Assembly (NCBI GenBank): GCA_030141605.1
Contig: JAQGDQ010000524.1
Location: forward strand, 62,001 to 126,000
Length of the DNA stretch: 64,000 nt
Direction: 5' to 3'
Origin: Tubiluchus corallicola
Taxonomy: Eukaryota > Animalia > Priapulida
The notes under the pieces were generated by a model, which made no database searches, was not told where the DNA came from, and saw only the letters and a program-made list of their open reading frames with translations. Numbering within the stretch: position 1 is the stretch's first letter; each line of letters begins with the position of its first letter. Of the stretch, positions 62,957 through 64,000 are shown piece after piece. The position numbers and the translations under genes are program-made.

Positions 62957-64000
62957 GTGCTTCGGCTGACCTTTTGACTGATAGTCAAACACCAAGTCTT
63001 ACTGATCGACAAAATAATACAGATGAAGACGCATCGTGTCCGCGAGTAATTCCTGCACTCATCCCAAGTCTTTTCACAAATGCGCCACCTGTCGTCAATT
63101 TTGGTTTATTCGGACAAATAGTTGAGGAATTGCCGAGTTATTTTAAGAAACGGCTCAAATTGAGATATAGTGGTGGACGGAAAGACAGACACCGGACGTA
63201 TCTGGAAAGGATGGTCCAGGTTTCAAATTTTCAATTAACAAAAGACGAAGACTGGACAGTGTGGAGAAATGGTCAAGTGTTCAATCAGACATGGCCAATT
63301 CTTCACCCACATGTCAAATTTAACCAACTTCCGGGTTCACAGGAACAGGCCATGAACAAAGTAAGTTTCTGGGAGAACATGAAATTAATGATGTTAAAAC
63401 ATGGACGGAAGGGGTTCAATTTCCTTCCACAAACTTTCGTCTTACCAGAAGAGCTGTTTAAGTTTCAAAAGCACTTTGGCGATCAGAAAAATCCAGGATT
63501 GTGGATTTACAAACCGTGGAGTAATTTACAAGGCAGAGGTGTTGGAATCATTGAATCCCTGAAAAAATTACCCAAAACAGAAGTGGTCATACAGAAGTAC
63601 ATATCGGAACCATATCTCATTAACGGTCATAAATTTGATTTGAGAATATTTGTGCTCATTACGTCTCTAGAACCATTAAGAATCTATATCCACGAGCTTG
63701 GGGTAGTGAAGTTTGCCACGAAATTATATTCCAAAGATAAGCTAAGCGATAAGTTTGTTCATCTAACTAACATTGCGATACAAGAGAAAATGTCAAAGTA
63801 TGATTCCTCTAAGCACTTTTGGAGTTTGCAAGATCTCTGGCGCTATCTTGAACGGAAAGGTAATGATACTAAACGGCTCTGGAAGCAAATTAAACATATG
63901 ATTGCAAAGCAGTTTATAAGCAGTGAACCGATTTTGTACAAGATGTTGAACGCCCATGCGAAGAGTTCCTACTGTTGCAGTGAACTGTATGGATATGACA
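62957..64000 (+). CDS. TTLL4: TTLL4-like tubulin glutamylase (TTL domain), long uninterrupted exon, incomplete at the window end
   Basis: Acceptor TTTTACTATTATAG. The phase-1 frame is open to the end: PALIPSLFTNAPPVVNF, KFNQLPGS, FNFLPQTFVLP, WIYKPWSNLQGRG, IQKYISEPYLINGHKFDLRIFVLITSLEPLRIY, HLTN, WSLQDLW, CSELYGYD. Absent from the ORF track because there is no stop in the window. Confidence 0.85.

Overview
AT-rich, repeat-dense animal (invertebrate) genomic DNA with spliced genes. Reconstructed by hand: (1) the last exon of a Gly/Ser/Tyr-rich, probably secreted structural protein (+, 2152-3738). (2) A complete oxytocin/vasopressin-type neurophysin precursor with three coding exons (-, 14544-8952; nonapeptide CFITNCPPG-amide, 14 neurophysin Cys). 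(3) A young, full-length Gmr1-like Ty3/gypsy LTR retrotransposon with integrase before RT (~16420-24525; tRNA-Leu PBS, SCAN-like Gag, a nonsense codon in RNase H), about 0.55 kb upstream of the putative first exon of the neuropeptide gene. (4) A five-exon PR/SET-domain C2H2 zinc-finger gene, PRDM2-like (-, 38495-28758, ~1325 aa). (5) The 3' three exons of an mGluR-like class C GPCR with an altered ligand pocket (-, 59461-52935). (6) An uninterrupted TTLL4-like glutamylase exon on the opposite strand running off the window end (+, 62957-64000), probably nested in a GPCR intron. Many non-autonomous DNA transposons (piggyBac-, Kolobok-, hAT-, pogo/Tigger-, Harbinger-type), LINE/SINE remnants, minisatellites and microsatellites fill the rest. 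All family assignments come from motif recognition, not database searches.
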